A DNA stretch of 16,704 nucleotides, from NCBI GenBank assembly GCA_048938385.1, contig JBHLMG010000034.1, positions 1 to 16,704 on the forward strand, given 5' to 3'. Within the stretch, counting starts at the first letter, position 1, and every line of letters begins with the position of its first letter. The DNA is from Promethearchaeota archaeon. GTDB taxonomy: Archaea; Asgardarchaeota; Hermodarchaeia; Hermodarchaeales; Hermodarchaeaceae. Positions 15,785 through 16,704 of this stretch are shown here, in pieces. The notes under the pieces are model-generated. The model did no database searches. It was not told where the DNA came from and was given only the letters and a program-made list of their open reading frames with translations. The position numbers and the translations under genes were made by a program.

Positions 15785-16704
15785 ATGAAGGTAACCATGC
15801 TTGAACAAACCGAAGATACTCTACGAGTACGCATCGAAGGTATCCGACCGGGTTTAATGAACGCCCTACGCCGAATCATTATTTCAGAAACGCCCGTGAT
15901 GGCAATCGAAGAAGTTGTCATCCTAGAAAACCAATCTCCTCTATTTGACGAAATCATCGCACATCGTTTAGGTCTTGTACCCCTCCGCACCCAGTTAGAC
16001 TTGTATACCCTCCCCGAAGATTGTACCTGTGAAGGTGCAGGATGTCACTTGTGCCAAGCAGGATTCACCATGGAGGTTGAAGCTCCTGAGGATGGCTTCA
16101 TCGCAACCACTGGAGACCTCAAACCTCAGGATCCTGAAACAGTTCCAGTAAGTGATAAAATCCCTATAGCAAAACTCGGCAAAGGTCAACGCATTGTCGT
16201 TGAAGCATATGCTCGGTTAGGCATTGGTCAAGATCACGCCAAATGGCAACCAGTTTCAACAATGGCCTACAAAATGATACCTAAGGTCAAGGTTGATACG
16301 GCAAAATGTTATGGGTGCAAAGAATGTGTTGAGGCCTGTTTTCGAAAAGTCTTCGAAATGCAGAACGAAAAAGCGGTTGTCGTTGACGAACTCAACTGCA
16401 CGATCTGCAATCTCTGTGTTGAAACCTGTGATGTACAAGCCATCACAGTAACATACGATGAAAATAGCTTCATCGTCACTATTGAGTCAACAGGTGCACT
16501 ACCACCCCAGACAATCTTTGAAAAGGGCATCGACACATTTCAGAAAAAATACAACGAACTAATTACGCTCCTACCTGGGCGTGCAGCTCCCTCAGCCAAG
16601 AAAACGCCTGCGAAAAAGAAGCCTGCAGCGAAGAAGGCGGCTGCGAAGAAGCCTGCAGCGAAGAAGGCGGCTGCGAAGAAGCCTGCAGCGAAGAAGGCGG
16701 CTGC
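15785..16704 (+). CDS. rpoD: DNA-directed RNA polymerase subunit D (Rpo3), 3'-partial, not in ORF track
   Basis: MKVTMLE...NALRRIII.ETP..AIE.V...EN.S.LFDEIIAHRLGLVPL, G.DHAKWQPV, ferredoxin-like Cys motifs, IESTGALPP. SD-like GAGGTGA precedes the ATG. No stop before the window end. Confidence 0.96.
   Translation, partial: MKVTMLEQTEDTLRVRIEGIRPGLMNALRRIIISETPVMAIEEVVILENQSPLFDEIIAHRLGLVPLRTQLDLYTLPEDCTCEGAGCHLCQAGFTMEVEAPEDGFIATTGDLKPQDPETVPVSDKIPIAKLGKGQRIVVEAYARLGIGQDHAKWQPVSTMAYKMIPKVKVDTAKCYGCKECVEACFRKVFEMQNEKAVVVDELNCTICNLCVETCDVQAITVTYDENSFIVTIESTGALPPQTIFEKGIDTFQKKYNELITLLPGRAAPSAKKTPAKKKPAAKKAAAKKPAAKKAAAKKPAAKKAA
16616..16704 (+). repeat. Perfect 30-bp tandem repeat encoding KKPAAKKAAA, about 3 copies, truncated by the window end
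   Basis: AAGAAGCCTGCAGCGAAGAAGGCGGCTGCG at 16616-16645, 16646-16675 and 16676-16704 (29 of 30 bases). Confidence 0.95.

Noticed and set aside
160-16536. The many antisense and alternate-frame ORFs in the track (e.g. 160-441, 874-1293, 5881-6369, 8154-8612, 9731-10174, 15745-15990, 16309-16536)
   Set aside because: They are shadows of well-conserved genes or of coding repeats, with no recognisable motifs.
16616-16704. 30-bp repeats as a CRISPR array
   Set aside because: They are directly tandem with no spacers and in frame with rpoD.

Overview
Archaeal ribosomal-protein superoperon (S10-spc-alpha equivalent), almost entirely on the + strand. Gene order: 3' tail of probable uS3, uL29, RNase P Rpp29, uS17, uL14, uL24, eS4, uL5, uS14 (missed by the ORF track), uS8, uL6, eL32, eL19, uL18, uS5, uL30, an inserted Hsp20, uL15, SecY, adk, a DUF106/EMC3-TMCO1-like membrane protein, cmk, eL14, cbf5, an intron-containing tRNA-Ser(GGA) on the - strand, uS13, uS4, uS11 and rpoD (missed by the ORF track, runs off the window). 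Eukaryote-like motifs suggest an Asgard or TACK archaeon (inference). The main finding is that cbf5 is split by a 41-nt frame-disrupting intron (12651-12691) bounded by a bulge-helix-bulge-type motif. Cutting at the standard tRNA splicing endonuclease positions restores the conserved NLD-KPPGPTSHEV motif. This site lies 29 codons upstream of the catalytic-Asp site known for crenarchaeal cbf5 introns. A second theme is long Lys/Ala/Pro-rich or acidic low-complexity extensions on five ribosomal proteins and on RpoD.
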